Shown: positions 1 to 11,095 of the stretch, piece by piece
Layout: each line of letters begins with the position of its first letter
How positions within the stretch are numbered: position 1 is the stretch's first letter
Source of the DNA: an uncultured Pelagibacteraceae bacterium
GTDB lineage: Bacteria > Pseudomonadota > Alphaproteobacteria > Pelagibacterales > Pelagibacteraceae
Assembly: GCA_902554335.1 (NCBI GenBank)
Contig: CACDOD010000002.1
Span: forward strand, 10,204 to 74,203
Length of the DNA: 64,000 bases
Direction: 5' to 3'
The notes under the pieces: model-generated
Seen by the model: the letters and a program-made list of their open reading frames with translations, nothing else
The model's database searches: none
What the model was told of the DNA's origin: nothing
Translations under genes and position numbers: made by a program

Positions 1-1
1 A

Positions 2-781
2 TTATTAAAAAATTTAGTTACAAAATTAAAAAAAAATATTGCAGTTATTCCAGCTATTAAATCAAGAGATTCAATTAAATATGAAAATCAAAGTAATTAT
101 ATAAATTTAGACAAAAAAAAAGTTTATTTAACACAAACACCTCAGGCATTTAGATTTAAAAATTTATATAATTTATCAATTAACCAAAAAAATAATATTG
201 ATGATGAGGCAACATTGTTTTTAAATAACAATATTAAATTAAAATTTATTTCTGGAGAAACCCATAACAACAAAATAACATATTTTGAGGACATAAATTT
301 ATCAAAAACATATTTTGGTATTGGTTTTGATATTCATAGATTAATTAAAAATAAAACACTTTACCTTGGTGGAGTTAAAATACCTTTTCATTCAGGTCTT
401 AAAGGACATTCTGATGGTGATGTAATTTTACATGCAATAATTGATGCTATATTAGGTGCTAAAAGCGAAAAAGATATTGGCACGTATTTTCCAAATACAA
501 AAAAATTTAAAAATATACGTTCTCCAAAAATGTTGAAGCCTATTATAGACAGCCTTAATAAATCAAACTTTTACATTAATAATCTTGATATAAATTTAAT
601 TTGTGAACAGCCTAAAGTTTCAAAATATAGAGAAAAAATAATTAATTCAATATCTAAACTAATAAATTTAAATAAAGATCAAATTAATTTAAAAGGAAAA
701 ACAGTAGAGAAATTAGGTTTAATTGGAAAAGAAAAAGCAATTGCATGTGAAGTTATAATTTCAATAACAAAAAATGATTAA
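2..781 (+). CDS. ispDF: Bifunctional IspD/IspF (MEP pathway), 5'-truncated by window edge
   Basis: Frame is open from base 2 (…AVIPAIKSRDSIK…LTQTPQAF, IspD C-terminal motifs) into IspF motifs GIGFDIH, GHSDGDVILHA, DIGTYFP, KGKTVEKLG. The 215 start in the ORF track is internal. Confidence 0.93.
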   Translation, partial: LLKNLVTKLKKNIAVIPAIKSRDSIKYENQSNYINLDKKKVYLTQTPQAFRFKNLYNLSINQKNNIDDEATLFLNNNIKLKFISGETHNNKITYFEDINLSKTYFGIGFDIHRLIKNKTLYLGGVKIPFHSGLKGHSDGDVILHAIIDAILGAKSEKDIGTYFPNTKKFKNIRSPKMLKPIIDSLNKSNFYINNLDINLICEQPKVSKYREKIINSISKLINLNKDQINLKGKTVEKLGLIGKEKAIACEVIISITKND

Positions 782-1277
782 AACTTTAAATACACTATTT
801 GTCACAATGTTCGGTTTAGGAAAACTTCCGAAAATTCCTGGCACTTTTGGATCACTGGCAACGATAATTATACTTTACATTTTATTTCATATTTTAAATC
901 TATCTTCAATTTTAATATTGTTTGGTTTGGTATTTGTTTTTATTTTTTCTTTTTTAGCAGTTGCAACTCATATCAAAGAGAGTGAAAACAAAGATCCAAA
1001 AGAAATAATAATAGATGAATTCATTGGTCAATCTATTCCTATTTATCTTTATGAAATTTCACATGGAACAGAAAAGTCAGCTGATGAAGCTATAATTTTT
1101 TACAGTGTTTGTTTTGTATTATTTAGATTTTTTGATATAGCAAAACCATTTCCAGTAAGTTATTTTGATAAGAATTTCAAAAATAGTTTCGGCGTAATCA
1201 TGGACGATGTTTGTGCTGGTTTTTATGTTGTTTTATCTTTAATTTGTTTTATGGTTTTAAGTAGCTATTTTATCTAA
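774..1277 (+). CDS. pgpA: Phosphatidylglycerophosphatase A
   Basis: PGTFGS, DPKEIIIDEFIG, FRFFDIAKPFP, GVIMDD motifs; follows ispDF. Confidence 0.92.
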   Translation: MIKTLNTLFVTMFGLGKLPKIPGTFGSLATIIILYILFHILNLSSILILFGLVFVFIFSFLAVATHIKESENKDPKEIIIDEFIGQSIPIYLYEISHGTEKSADEAIIFYSVCFVLFRFFDIAKPFPVSYFDKNFKNSFGVIMDDVCAGFYVVLSLICFMVLSSYFI

Positions 1278-1738
1278 TGAAATCTTTAATAAAAATACTA
1301 ACTAAAAAAAAACTTAAAATTTCATTTGCAGAGTCTTGTACAGGGGGATTGTTAGCTAGCACAATCACTTCTATTAGTGGTGCATCAAAAGTATTTAATT
1401 TAAGTTTTATTACTTATTCTAATCAAGCAAAAATTAAAATTTTAAAAGTAAATAAAAATATCATTAAAAAATATGGTGCCGTAAGCCACGAGTGTTGTTT
1501 GGCAATGGTTGAAAATTTATCTAAAATATCTAAAGCAAATATCAATGTTTCAATAACTGGTATTGCAGGACCCAAAGGTGGTACTAAACAAAAGCCTGTA
1601 GGTTTAGTTTATATTGGAGTTAAAAAAGGTAATAAAACACAAATATATAAGTGCTTATTTAAAAGTAAAAAAAGATCTTCAATACAAAAAACTACTGTTA
1701 AAAAAGCTTTAAATTTAATTCTTAGAATTGCCAAATAA
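1277..1738 (+). CDS. cinA: CinA C-terminal domain / NMN deamidase (PncC) family
   Basis: AESCTGG, GAVS, SITGIAGP motifs. Confidence 0.88.
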   Translation: MKSLIKILTKKKLKISFAESCTGGLLASTITSISGASKVFNLSFITYSNQAKIKILKVNKNIIKKYGAVSHECCLAMVENLSKISKANINVSITGIAGPKGGTKQKPVGLVYIGVKKGNKTQIYKCLFKSKKRSSIQKTTVKKALNLILRIAK

Positions 1739-2173
1739 CTCTTCGGCTCTTTTCTGAAAAGCATCGGCAATTTTTTCTAAACCAAACTGAAAAGAAACAA
1801 CCATTAAAGAATTTAAAAATTTATTCTTTATTTCAAAATCGATATCAAAAGTAACTTCTGTAATTCCATTTTTTTTATCAGAAAACGTCCAGTTATTTGA
1901 AAGATGATTTAATGGTCCATCTATATTTTTAACAAATATTGAGTCTTCCTTTTTATTAAAGACCACATCACTTTTATAAGTATCTTTAAATGGTCCTTTT
2001 CCAATTGTTAAATCAGCAATAATCTTTGTCAGATCATCTTCTTTTTTCTTCTCGTATACCTTTGACTCAAAACAAAATGGAACAAATTCAGGATATTTTT
2101 CAATATCTAAAACTAAATCAATTAAATCTTTTTTTTTACATTCAATTAATCGCTTAACCGAAGCTTTGGGCAT
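1715..2173 (-). CDS. ratA: RatA/COQ10 START-domain (polyketide cyclase-like) protein
   Basis: LVLDIEKYPEFVPFC, GPLNHL..W.F, AF.KRA; typical position downstream of lipA. Confidence 0.85.
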   Translation of the reverse strand: MPKASVKRLIECKKKDLIDLVLDIEKYPEFVPFCFESKVYEKKKEDDLTKIIADLTIGKGPFKDTYKSDVVFNKKEDSIFVKNIDGPLNHLSNNWTFSDKKNGITEVTFDIDFEIKNKFLNSLMVVSFQFGLEKIADAFQKRAEELFGNSKN

Positions 2174-3093
2174 TAATGATTATTTATTCTATTATGTTGA
2201 AGTTTAGCAAAGTCCTCATCTGCATGGTATGAGGATCTTGTTAAGGGAGATGAAGACACTAATAAAAAACCTTTCGCTTTTGCAATTTTTCCTAACTCAT
2301 CAAATTCTTGTGGAGTGTAATATCTATCCAATGGAAAATGTTTTACTGATGGTTGTAGATATTGACCAATAGTTAAAAAATCAACATCAGCAGATTTTAA
2401 ATCATCCATTACTTGTAAAATTTCATCTCTTGTTTCTCCCAAGCCAACCATTATTCCTGATTTTGTAAAAATTTTTTTATTCATTTTTTTTGCATTTTTT
2501 AAAAGTTCGAGAGAAGCAAAATATCTAGAACCAGGTCTAACTTTTAAATATAAACTGGGTACAGTCTCTATATTGTGATTAAACACATCAGGACTAGCCT
2601 CTAATACTTTTTTATATGAGTCACCTTTCCTTAAAAAATCAGGTGTTAAAACTTCTATAGTTGTATTGGGATTAGTTTTTCTAGTTTGATTTATAACTTC
2701 ATAAAAATGATTTGATCCTCCATCATCTAAATCATCCCTATCAACAGAAGTAATTACTACATGTTTTAAATTAAGTTTTTTCACGGCTTCCGCAATTTTT
2801 AATGGTTCTAGTAAATCTAATTTCCCTGGTTTTCCAGTTTTAACATCACAAAAAGCACAAGCTCTTGTACATGTATCTCCCATTATCATAAAGGTTGCGT
2901 GTCTTTTACTCCAACATTCAGTAATATTTGGACAGTTTGCTTCCTGACAAACGGTTACTAGATTATTGTTATTAACTATTGTTTTAGTTAAAAAAAATTC
3001 TTTACTATTTGTAAGCTTGGATCTTATCCAATCAGGTTTTTTTTTAATTGGAATAATAGGTTTATTTTGTTTCTCTGGGTGTCTAATTGTCAT
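2173..3093 (-). CDS. lipA: Lipoyl synthase
   Basis: [12 protein letters not shown] and radical [11 protein letters not shown] motifs; RSSYHA C-terminus. Confidence 0.97.
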   Translation of the reverse strand: MTIRHPEKQNKPIIPIKKKPDWIRSKLTNSKEFFLTKTIVNNNNLVTVCQEANCPNITECWSKRHATFMIMGDTCTRACAFCDVKTGKPGKLDLLEPLKIAEAVKKLNLKHVVITSVDRDDLDDGGSNHFYEVINQTRKTNPNTTIEVLTPDFLRKGDSYKKVLEASPDVFNHNIETVPSLYLKVRPGSRYFASLELLKNAKKMNKKIFTKSGIMVGLGETRDEILQVMDDLKSADVDFLTIGQYLQPSVKHFPLDRYYTPQEFDELGKIAKAKGFLLVSSSPLTRSSYHADEDFAKLQHNRINNH

Positions 3094-3382
3094 TTTTTAT
3101 TACGTATATCTTTTCGTTATTTTTATTATAAATAAATTTTTCTCTTATTAAAATTTCAACATAATCTTTATCTAAATTATCATTTAATAAAGAATTTTTT
3201 AATTCGAGGTTTTCTACATTCTTTTTTAACTCTATTTCTTCAAATTTTAATTTAGTCAATAAGTTTTCTTTTTTTAAAAGAGAAATCAATCCTCTTTCAC
3301 CATCTAATAGATTAAAGAAAAAATACAAAAACAAAAATGTCCCAATAATAATAAAATAATTTTTCTTAATTTTTTCTATCAT
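3083..3382 (-). CDS. ftsB: Septum formation initiator FtsB/DivIC
   Basis: N-terminal TM, GERG motif, coiled coil, [10 protein letters not shown]; follows eno. Confidence 0.82.
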   Translation of the reverse strand: MIEKIKKNYFIIIGTFLFLYFFFNLLDGERGLISLLKKENLLTKLKFEEIELKKNVENLELKNSLLNDNLDKDYVEILIREKFIYNKNNEKIYVIKNDN

Positions 3383-4635
3383 AATCTATTCATTTTAGCT
3401 TTTTTCCCTAAACTCTCTTCTATTCTTAATATTTGATTATATTTTGCAACTCTTTCAGATCTACATAGTGAGCCTGATTTTATTTGGTTAGAATTTGTCC
3501 CTACTGCTAAATCAGCAATAAAAGTATCCTCAGATTCACCAGATCTGTGAGAAATAATGGTATTAAAACCAATGTTTTGTGCAAATTTTATAACTTCAAT
3601 TGTCTCTGTAACTGTCCCTATTTGATTTAGTTTAATTAATATTGCATTTGAGGATTGGTTTAAAAAACCTATTTTCAATCTTTCTAAATTTGTAACATAC
3701 AGGTCATCTCCAACAATTTGAATTTCTTTATTGGTTGCTATCATAAATTTATTCCAAGATTTCCAATCATTCTCTGCAAAAGGATCTTCTATTGATTTTA
3801 TTTTAAATTTTTTTATTAATTTTTTGTACTCTGAGATGGATTTATCCACTGAAACATATTTTTTTGAATGTATTGAATATTTATTCTTTTTAAACAACTC
3901 ATTAGCTGCTACGTCCAAACATATTGAAATATCTTTGCCATTTACAAATCCGGACATTTTAATTGCTTTAAGTATTAAATTTAATGCTTGAATGTTACTA
4001 CTAATCATTGGAGCATAACCACCTTCATCACCAACAGAGGTAGAAAGATTTAGTTTTTTTAATATCGTTCTCAAATTATTTATTACTGAAAAAGACATTT
4101 TGATCGCTTGCGTAAACGATTTTGCACCATCGGGTCTAATCATAAATTCTTGAACTTGAAGACCGTTGTTTGCATGTGCACCACCATTGATAATATTCAT
4201 TAATGGATATGGTAAAAAAAATTTATTTTTTACTAAAAAGTTTTTATAAAGTGGTATTTTCTTAATTTTAGATGATAATTTTTTAACAGCCATTGAAACT
4301 GCAAGCATGCTGTTTGCTCCTAATTTAGTTTTTTGTTTAGTGCCATCTAATTTTAATAAAATGTGATCTATGGTTTCTTGGCTATGAACATTTTGATTTT
4401 TTAATTTTTTTGCAATTATTGTATTTATAATTTTTACAGCTTTAAAAACACTTTTGCCGTTATAATTTTTTTTATTTAAATCTCTTTTCTCGTAGGCTTC
4501 AAAACTTCCAGTTGAGGCTCCTGAAGGACAAATTGAAGATGAGCTAATATTTTTTGAAAAAACTTCAGCCTCTACTGTAGGATTTCCTCTGCTATCAAAA
4601 ACTTGTCTAGCAATTACTTTAGTAATTATACTCAT
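3379..4635 (-). CDS. eno: Enolase
   Basis: DSRGNPTVE, PSGASTG, GDEGG, VGDDL, SHRSGE, RSER motifs. Confidence 0.97.
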   Translation of the reverse strand: MSIITKVIARQVFDSRGNPTVEAEVFSKNISSSSICPSGASTGSFEAYEKRDLNKKNYNGKSVFKAVKIINTIIAKKLKNQNVHSQETIDHILLKLDGTKQKTKLGANSMLAVSMAVKKLSSKIKKIPLYKNFLVKNKFFLPYPLMNIINGGAHANNGLQVQEFMIRPDGAKSFTQAIKMSFSVINNLRTILKKLNLSTSVGDEGGYAPMISSNIQALNLILKAIKMSGFVNGKDISICLDVAANELFKKNKYSIHSKKYVSVDKSISEYKKLIKKFKIKSIEDPFAENDWKSWNKFMIATNKEIQIVGDDLYVTNLERLKIGFLNQSSNAILIKLNQIGTVTETIEVIKFAQNIGFNTIISHRSGESEDTFIADLAVGTNSNQIKSGSLCRSERVAKYNQILRIEESLGKKAKMNRL

Positions 4636-5462
4636 TAAAAGTTTTTAACTAACTTATCTATTTCTATAATTTGGTTTAATAGACTCTCTAATTTATTCAA
4701 AGGAACCATATTTGGTCCATCTGAAGGAGCATTATCAGGGTCTTGATGTGTTTCCATAAATATTGCTGCTACACCTACTGCAGATGCTGCTCGAGCTAGA
4801 TATTCAACAAACTCTCTTTGCCCACCACTTTTCTCTCCAAGACCTCCTGGCTGTTGAACAGAATGAGTTGCATCAAATACAACTGGATATCCATTTTTAA
4901 CCATGATTGGAATTGATCTCATATCTGATACAAGAGTATTATATCCAAAACTTGCACCACGTTCAGTTACCAAAATATTATCATTTCCTGAGTCTGAAAT
5001 TTTTTTTGTAACATTAACCATATCCCATGGAGCTAAAAATTGTCCTTTTTTAACATTAATAATTTTATTTGTTTTAGCTGCTGCGATTAATAAATCTGTT
5101 TGTCTGCATAAGAAAGCTGGAATCTGTAAAATATCAACATGCCTGGACACAACTTCACAATGCTTTTCATTGTGGACATCGGTTAAAATCGGAACATTTA
5201 ATTCTTTTTTAATTTTATCGAATACAGGTAAGGAATTTTCTAGTCCAGCTCCTCTTTTTCCTTTTAAACTTGTTCTATTAGCTTTATCAAAAGATGTCTT
5301 GTATACAAAACCAATATTAAGTTTTGTTGTAATTTCCTTTATTTTTCCTGACATATCCATCGCATGTTGCTCGGATTCAAGCTGACATGGTCCTGCGATT
5401 AAGGTAATTTTTTTATTATTAGCAATTTCAATACCGTTACAATTTATAATTTTATTTTTCAT
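4635..5462 (-). CDS. kdsA: KDO-8-phosphate synthase
   Basis: [38 protein letters not shown]. Confidence 0.97.
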   Translation of the reverse strand: MKNKIINCNGIEIANNKKITLIAGPCQLESEQHAMDMSGKIKEITTKLNIGFVYKTSFDKANRTSLKGKRGAGLENSLPVFDKIKKELNVPILTDVHNEKHCEVVSRHVDILQIPAFLCRQTDLLIAAAKTNKIINVKKGQFLAPWDMVNVTKKISDSGNDNILVTERGASFGYNTLVSDMRSIPIMVKNGYPVVFDATHSVQQPGGLGEKSGGQREFVEYLARAASAVGVAAIFMETHQDPDNAPSDGPNMVPLNKLESLLNQIIEIDKLVKNF

Positions 5463-7074
5463 ATCTTTTTTTAGCTGCTTTAATAAATGATGAAAATAAA
5501 GGATGTGGATTAAAAGGTCTAGATTTAAATTCAGGATGAAATTGTACTCCTATAAACCAAGGATGACCTTTAAGCTCAATTATTTCAGGAAGTCTATTAT
5601 TTGGTGATAAACCTGAAAAAATAAGTCCATTTTTCTCAAAATTATCTTTGTATGAAATATTTACTTCATATCTATGTCTATGTCTCTCTTTAATAGTTTT
5701 TGACTTATAAATTTTTCTAATTAAAGATTTTTCTTTTAACTTCGCATCATATGAGCCAAGTCTCATAGTTCCACCAAGGTTTTTATCAGTACCTTTAATT
5801 TTTTTTCCATCTTTGTCCCATTCACTCATTAATCCTACTATAGAAACTCCTTTTTTATCAAATTCACTTGAAGTGGCATTTTTAATTTTTAATTTATTTC
5901 TTGCGAATTCAATTATTGCCATTTGCATACCATAACAAATTCCTAAGAAAGGAATTTTATTAACTCTAGCATATCTAATTGCCTCAATTTTTCCAGTTGT
6001 TCCTCTTTTTCCAAATCCACCTGGTATTAAAACTCCAGATATATTTTTTAATTTAGCTTTTATTTCAGAAGCTTTAAGTTTTTCTGAGTCTATTCGAACT
6101 AATTTAACTTTTATATTATTTGCAATTCCTCCATGGGTAAGTGCTTCATCTAAAGATTTATATGCATCTTTTAATTCAACGTATTTGCCAATTATAGCAA
6201 TATTTACTTCTTTTTTAGTTTTAAGAATTATTTTATTAATTTTTCTCCACGGAGTTAAATTACATGATTTTTTTGATTTTATTCTAAAATAATCTAATAC
6301 TTGAATATCTAATTTCTCATTGGCAAAACTTATAGGCGCTTCATATATTGTTTTAACATCCACTGTTTCTATGACGTTTTTAATATCAACGTTACAAAAT
6401 AAAGAAATTTTTTTTCTATGCTCTAGAGGTATTGATCTTTCCGATCTACAAATAATAATATCTGGTTGTATACCAATGCTTCTTAACTCTTTGACAGAAT
6501 GCTGTGTGGGTTTTGTTTTTATCTCATCGGATGCTTTTAAATATGGAACTAATGTTAAATGAATAAATAATGTATTTTTCTTACCAACATCATTAGAAAA
6601 TTGTCTTATTGCTTCTACAAACGGTAAGCTTTCAATGTCACCAACGATTCCTCCTATCTCACAAATAACAAAATCTTCTTTTGAAGTGTCATGTTTAATA
6701 AATTCTTTAATTCTATCTGTTATATGAGGTATTACTTGCACTGTTTTACCTAGATATTTTCCTTTTCTTTCTTTTCTTAATACATCGTTATAAATTTTTC
6801 CGGTTGTAATATTGTCCGTCTTCTTAGCTGTAACTCCTGAAAATCTTTCATAGTGACCTAGATCTAGATCTGTTTCTGCACCATCGTCTGTTACAAAAAC
6901 TTCACCATGCTGAAAAGGACTCATTGTTCCTGGATCAACATTTAAATAAGGATCCAGTTTTCTTAATCGAACTTTAAAACCTCTGGATTGTAGTAAGTAT
7001 GCTAGCGATGCTGAAGAGAGACCCTTTCCCAGTGATGATACCACGCCGCCAGTGACAAATATATATCGCGCCAT
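5452..7074 (-). CDS. pyrG: CTP synthase
   Basis: [36 protein letters not shown]. Confidence 0.98.
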   Translation of the reverse strand: MARYIFVTGGVVSSLGKGLSSASLAYLLQSRGFKVRLRKLDPYLNVDPGTMSPFQHGEVFVTDDGAETDLDLGHYERFSGVTAKKTDNITTGKIYNDVLRKERKGKYLGKTVQVIPHITDRIKEFIKHDTSKEDFVICEIGGIVGDIESLPFVEAIRQFSNDVGKKNTLFIHLTLVPYLKASDEIKTKPTQHSVKELRSIGIQPDIIICRSERSIPLEHRKKISLFCNVDIKNVIETVDVKTIYEAPISFANEKLDIQVLDYFRIKSKKSCNLTPWRKINKIILKTKKEVNIAIIGKYVELKDAYKSLDEALTHGGIANNIKVKLVRIDSEKLKASEIKAKLKNISGVLIPGGFGKRGTTGKIEAIRYARVNKIPFLGICYGMQMAIIEFARNKLKIKNATSSEFDKKGVSIVGLMSEWDKDGKKIKGTDKNLGGTMRLGSYDAKLKEKSLIRKIYKSKTIKERHRHRYEVNISYKDNFEKNGLIFSGLSPNNRLPEIIELKGHPWFIGVQFHPEFKSRPFNPHPLFSSFIKAAKKRYEK

Positions 7075-7114
7075 GGAATTATGTTATAGACCGATATTAA
7101 ATAATTTCAAAGTA

Positions 7115-7417
7115 TTAATTATTATTTTCAGGAATTTTTGGTGTCTCTTCTTGATTTTCCTCAATTTTATCCAATACTGAACCCGCTGGTTCTAACTCGC
7201 TTCTGGAAATTATAGTTAGGGATAAACTGCAAATTATAAACAATGTAGCTATTAGTGCGGTAGATTTTGTTAAAAAATTACCTGCAGATCTTGAAAACAT
7301 AAAATTATCTTGAGATATACCTATTCCTAACGCTCCGCCTTCTGATTTTTGTATTAGGACTAGAATAACTAAAATTGCAGCTAATACTATGTTAATTACA
7401 AGTAACGTATTTTCCAT
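7115..7417 (-). CDS. secG: Preprotein translocase subunit SecG
   Basis: Two TM helices flanking LIQKSEGGALG; tpiA-secG-pyrG synteny. Confidence 0.92.
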   Translation of the reverse strand: MENTLLVINIVLAAILVILVLIQKSEGGALGIGISQDNFMFSRSAGNFLTKSTALIATLFIICSLSLTIISRSELEPAGSVLDKIEENQEETPKIPENNN

Positions 7418-7422
7418 GCGAA

Positions 7423-8169
7423 CTAATTAATTGTTTTTTTTATTATATCAATAAATTTTTTTGAACTTTGGGAGGCAGAACCAACTAAAAAGCCTTTAAT
7501 ACCCATTATATTTTTAAGATTTGATATATTTTTGTTATTAACTGAGCCTCCATAAAGTATGGGTAATTTATATCTGGTTTTTTTTGATATTATTCTTTTT
7601 ATTTTGCTAACATTAAATTCTAGCTCTTTGTCTTTTGGTATGACTCCTGTTCCAATGGACCAGACAGGTTCATAGGCAATCAAAATATTATTAAAATTTT
7701 TTATACTTTTAAGTCCTTTATTAATTTGTCTCTTTAAAACTGAAAAAGTAATTTTCTTTCTTTTTTCTTTTAACGTTTCTCCAATGCAAAAAATAACTTT
7801 TAAATTTTTATTTAAAGCTGAGTGAATTTTTTTATTTATATCCTCGTCTGTTTCACCGGCAATCCTATTTTCTGAATGTCCTAGAATAACATATTTGCAA
7901 CCAAGTTCTTTTAACATTTTCGAACTTATAGAGCCTGTAAACGATCCATAATCTTCAATGTGATGACAATTTTGTCCTCCTACATGAATTTTTGTATTTT
8001 TAAATTTATTAATAAAACTCTGAATAAGGGTAAAAGGTGGAAAATATATTATTTTAGCATTTCTATACTTTTTTAATTTACTTAAATTTATTAATTTATT
8101 TAAATAATTAAGAGATGATGCACTTCCGTACATTTTCCAATTAGCAATAAAATATATATTATTTGTCAT
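7423..8169 (-). CDS. tpiA: Triosephosphate isomerase
   Basis: ANWKM, GHSE, AYEPVWSIGTG, YGGSV. Confidence 0.96.
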   Translation of the reverse strand: MTNNIYFIANWKMYGSASSLNYLNKLINLSKLKKYRNAKIIYFPPFTLIQSFINKFKNTKIHVGGQNCHHIEDYGSFTGSISSKMLKELGCKYVILGHSENRIAGETDEDINKKIHSALNKNLKVIFCIGETLKEKRKKITFSVLKRQINKGLKSIKNFNNILIAYEPVWSIGTGVIPKDKELEFNVSKIKRIISKKTRYKLPILYGGSVNNKNISNLKNIMGIKGFLVGSASQSSKKFIDIIKKTIN

Positions 8170-8230
8170 AAACGATATTTTAATCTATAGATTTGTTTTT
8201 TAAAAAATCAATAAATAAAGATTTTTTCGT

Positions 8231-9640
8231 ATGATTAGTAAATTTAAAAGCCTAACAAACTCTAAAATTTCATGGGTAATTGTAGCTCTTATAGCAATAC
8301 CTTTTGTATTCTGGGGAATGGGAGATGTATTTACAAGAGGAAATTCAAACAATGTCGCTAAAATAAATAATAATACAATTTCAGTAACTGATTTTATAAA
8401 TCATGTTAATGAATCTGGATTAAATGAAAATTTAATTAGAGAAAATCTTGATAATAATATTTTTGAAGAATTATTAAGTCAGCTTATATCTCTAGAACTA
8501 ATGAAAATGGAGATTGAAAATCTTAATCTTAATTTTTCAGATCAAACGTTAAAAAATAAAATTATAAATAACAAAATTTTTTTTGATGATAAAAATATTT
8601 TCTCAAGGACTAAATATGAAAAATTTTTATTAGAAAATAATCTTTCTGCAGCTCAATTTGAAAATAGGTTTAAATCAAATGAGCTTCAAAAAATTTTGTT
8701 TAATTATATCAACGGTGGAATTGTCGTACCCAGATTTTTGATTGATAAGAGATTTGCTAACGAAAATAGAAATATTGAAATTGATTTTGTAAACCTTCAA
8801 GAAAAATATAAGAAAGATTTTAGCTCTGCGGAAATAGATCAATATATTACTTTAAATGAAGATAAACTAAAAAAAGATTTTATTAATTTTAGTTATGCCA
8901 AAATAACGCCAAAAAATTTACTTGATACAGATGAATATAATGATGAGTTTTTTAAGATTATAGATGATATAGACAATAAAGTTTTGAATAATGAAAAAAT
9001 AGATTTGATAGCTAACCATTACAATTTGGAACTAAAAATAGTTAATAATTATTATCCTTATGAAAAAGAATTTGAATTAATTTATTCAAAAAAAAACAAC
9101 ATAGAGAAAGTGAATTTAATCGATAATAATGATCATTATATATTATTTGAGATAAACAAAATTGAAAATAAGTTACCAGATATAAATTCAAATCAATTTA
9201 GAGAAGAAATTAATTTAAGTCTTAAAAATCAGTTCAGATATGAATACAATAAAAAACTTTTAGAAGATATACGTAATAAAAATCTAAAATATGATGATCT
9301 AAAGAATTTTTCAAATACAAAGTCTGCAGAAAATCTATTAATAAACTCAATTAATGATAATAGTAAATTTTCAACTGATGCAGTTAAATTAATTTATTCA
9401 TTGCCAGAAAATTCTTTCGTTCTCATCAACGATGCTTTGAATAATATTTATTTAGCTTATATTAAAAAAATAAATGATGAAGTTGAAATTACACAAGCTG
9501 ATTTAAAAAATTATTTATTAAAATCAAATAGTGAAATTAGAGATACTCTTTACTCAAGTTATGATATTTACTTAAGTGAAAAATATGAAATTAAAGTATT
9601 TCAAAATACTATTGAGAGATTAAAAAATAATTTTAGATAA
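8231..9640 (+). CDS. PpiD/SurA N-terminal-domain periplasmic chaperone (shortened)
   Basis: N-terminal anchor IAIPFVFWG, VAKIN, F.D…FSRTKYEKFL (SurA_N/PpiD-like); divergent from tpiA as in other Alphaproteobacteria. Confidence 0.75.
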   Translation: MISKFKSLTNSKISWVIVALIAIPFVFWGMGDVFTRGNSNNVAKINNNTISVTDFINHVNESGLNENLIRENLDNNIFEELLSQLISLELMKMEIENLNLNFSDQTLKNKIINNKIFFDDKNIFSRTKYEKFLLENNLSAAQFENRFKSNELQKILFNYINGGIVVPRFLIDKRFANENRNIEIDFVNLQEKYKKDFSSAEIDQYITLNEDKLKKDFINFSYAKITPKNLLDTDEYNDEFFKIIDDIDNKVLNNEKIDLIANHYNLELKIVNNYYPYEKEFELIYSKKNNIEKVNLIDNNDHYILFEINKIENKLPDINSNQFREEINLSLKNQFRYEYNKKLLEDIRNKNLKYDDLKNFSNTKSAENLLINSINDNSKFSTDAVKLIYSLPENSFVLINDALNNIYLAYIKKINDEVEITQADLKNYLLKSNSEIRDTLYSSYDIYLSEKYEIKVFQNTIERLKNNFR

Positions 9641-11091
9641 TGCTAAATAAAAAAATTTCTGAATTTAAAAGAGATCATACAAATAAAAAAAATCAAATTT
9701 TATTTCACACGATTAAATCAAATGGTATTCTAGAGACTGAAAATTTAATTAATAATTTTTTAATTGAAAAAAATAGTTTTATATTTGAATCAGTTGAAAA
9801 AGGTAAAATTAAAGGCAGATATACAATATTAGGCAGAAATCCAGATTATATTTGGGAATTTCAAGGAAATAAATGTAAAAAAATAATTAATAATAAAATT
9901 AAAATATTAAAAAATTCTCCAAAAAATGTAATTGATAAAATTATTGAAAATTTTAAATTCGACACACCTAAAGAATTACCTAACATATGTTCTATAATTT
10001 CAGGATATTTTTCTTACGATATAATTCGTTATATTGAGAAAATTCCTAACAAATGTAAGGACGACCTAAACATTCCAGATGTTAGAATAATCAGACCAAA
10101 ATCACTGATTATTCTAGATAATTTTAAAAAAAAAATACACTTTATTAGAAATTTTTTTAAGGAAGAAAAAGTTAAAAATTATTTTCAAGCATATGAGAGT
10201 GCTAAATCTGATATTGAAAATTTAATACTTCTTGCAAATAATAAAAATTATTTTGAGAATGAAAAAAAATTGAAAGTAAAAATTAAATCAAATATTAGCA
10301 AACAAAAATTTTTGAATAATGTAATTAAAGCTAAAAAATACATCAAAAAAGGTGATATATTTCAAGTTGTTCTAAGTCAAAGATTTGAGGCAAAATTACA
10401 AAAGGATCCTCTTGAAGTTTATAAAAAACTTAGAGTTACAAACCCTTCTCCTTTCATGTACTTTTTTAACTTTAAAGATTTTCAAATTATAGGAGCAAGT
10501 CCAGAAATACTTGTAAGATTAAGAGATGGTCAAATAACTATAAGACCTATTGCGGGAACAAGACCTAGAGGTAAAAATAAAAAACAAGATATTTTTTATG
10601 CAAAAGATCTATTGAAAGATAAAAAAGAACTAGCTGAACATTTAATGCTTTTAGATTTGGGTAGAAATGACACTGGAAGAGTTTCCCAAATTAATACTGT
10701 TAAAGTTACTGAAAAATTTAAAATAGAAAGGTATTCTCATGTGATGCATATAGTTTCAAATGTAGTTGGAAAATTTAATAATAAATATAGTAAATTTGAT
10801 ACTTTGTTGTCTGGTTTTCCAGCGGGTACCGTGTCTGGGGCTCCAAAAATACGTGCGATGGAAATTATCGATGAGTTAGAAACTACAAAAAGAAAGGTTT
10901 ATGCTGGTGGAATAGGATATTTCACTGCAGCAGGTGAATTTGATACCTGCATAGCTTTAAGAACAGCTGTTGTTAAAGATGGTTTTTTATATGCACAAGC
11001 TGGTGCTGGAATAGTTGCAGATAGTAAGCCCATAAAAGAATACATTGAAACTGAAAACAAAGCTAAAGCTTTAATAAAAGCAATGGAGTAA
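9640..11091 (+). CDS. trpE: Anthranilate synthase component I
   Basis: FESVE..GRY, GDIFQVVLSQ, NPSPFMY, RPIAGTRPRG, EHLMLLDLGRND, SGAPKIRAM. Confidence 0.96.
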   Translation: MLNKKISEFKRDHTNKKNQILFHTIKSNGILETENLINNFLIEKNSFIFESVEKGKIKGRYTILGRNPDYIWEFQGNKCKKIINNKIKILKNSPKNVIDKIIENFKFDTPKELPNICSIISGYFSYDIIRYIEKIPNKCKDDLNIPDVRIIRPKSLIILDNFKKKIHFIRNFFKEEKVKNYFQAYESAKSDIENLILLANNKNYFENEKKLKVKIKSNISKQKFLNNVIKAKKYIKKGDIFQVVLSQRFEAKLQKDPLEVYKKLRVTNPSPFMYFFNFKDFQIIGASPEILVRLRDGQITIRPIAGTRPRGKNKKQDIFYAKDLLKDKKELAEHLMLLDLGRNDTGRVSQINTVKVTEKFKIERYSHVMHIVSNVVGKFNNKYSKFDTLLSGFPAGTVSGAPKIRAMEIIDELETTKRKVYAGGIGYFTAAGEFDTCIALRTAVVKDGFLYAQAGAGIVADSKPIKEYIETENKAKALIKAME

Positions 11092-11095
11092 ATAA

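Noticed and set aside
4903-5385. 160-aa + strand ORF, plus similar antisense ORFs (3731-3991, 6320-6562, 26173-26475, 51529-51903, 52147-52518, 62334-62531 and others)
   Set aside because: Shadow ORFs antisense to highly conserved genes (kdsA, eno, pyrG, tsf, lon, xsc), with no recognisable motifs.
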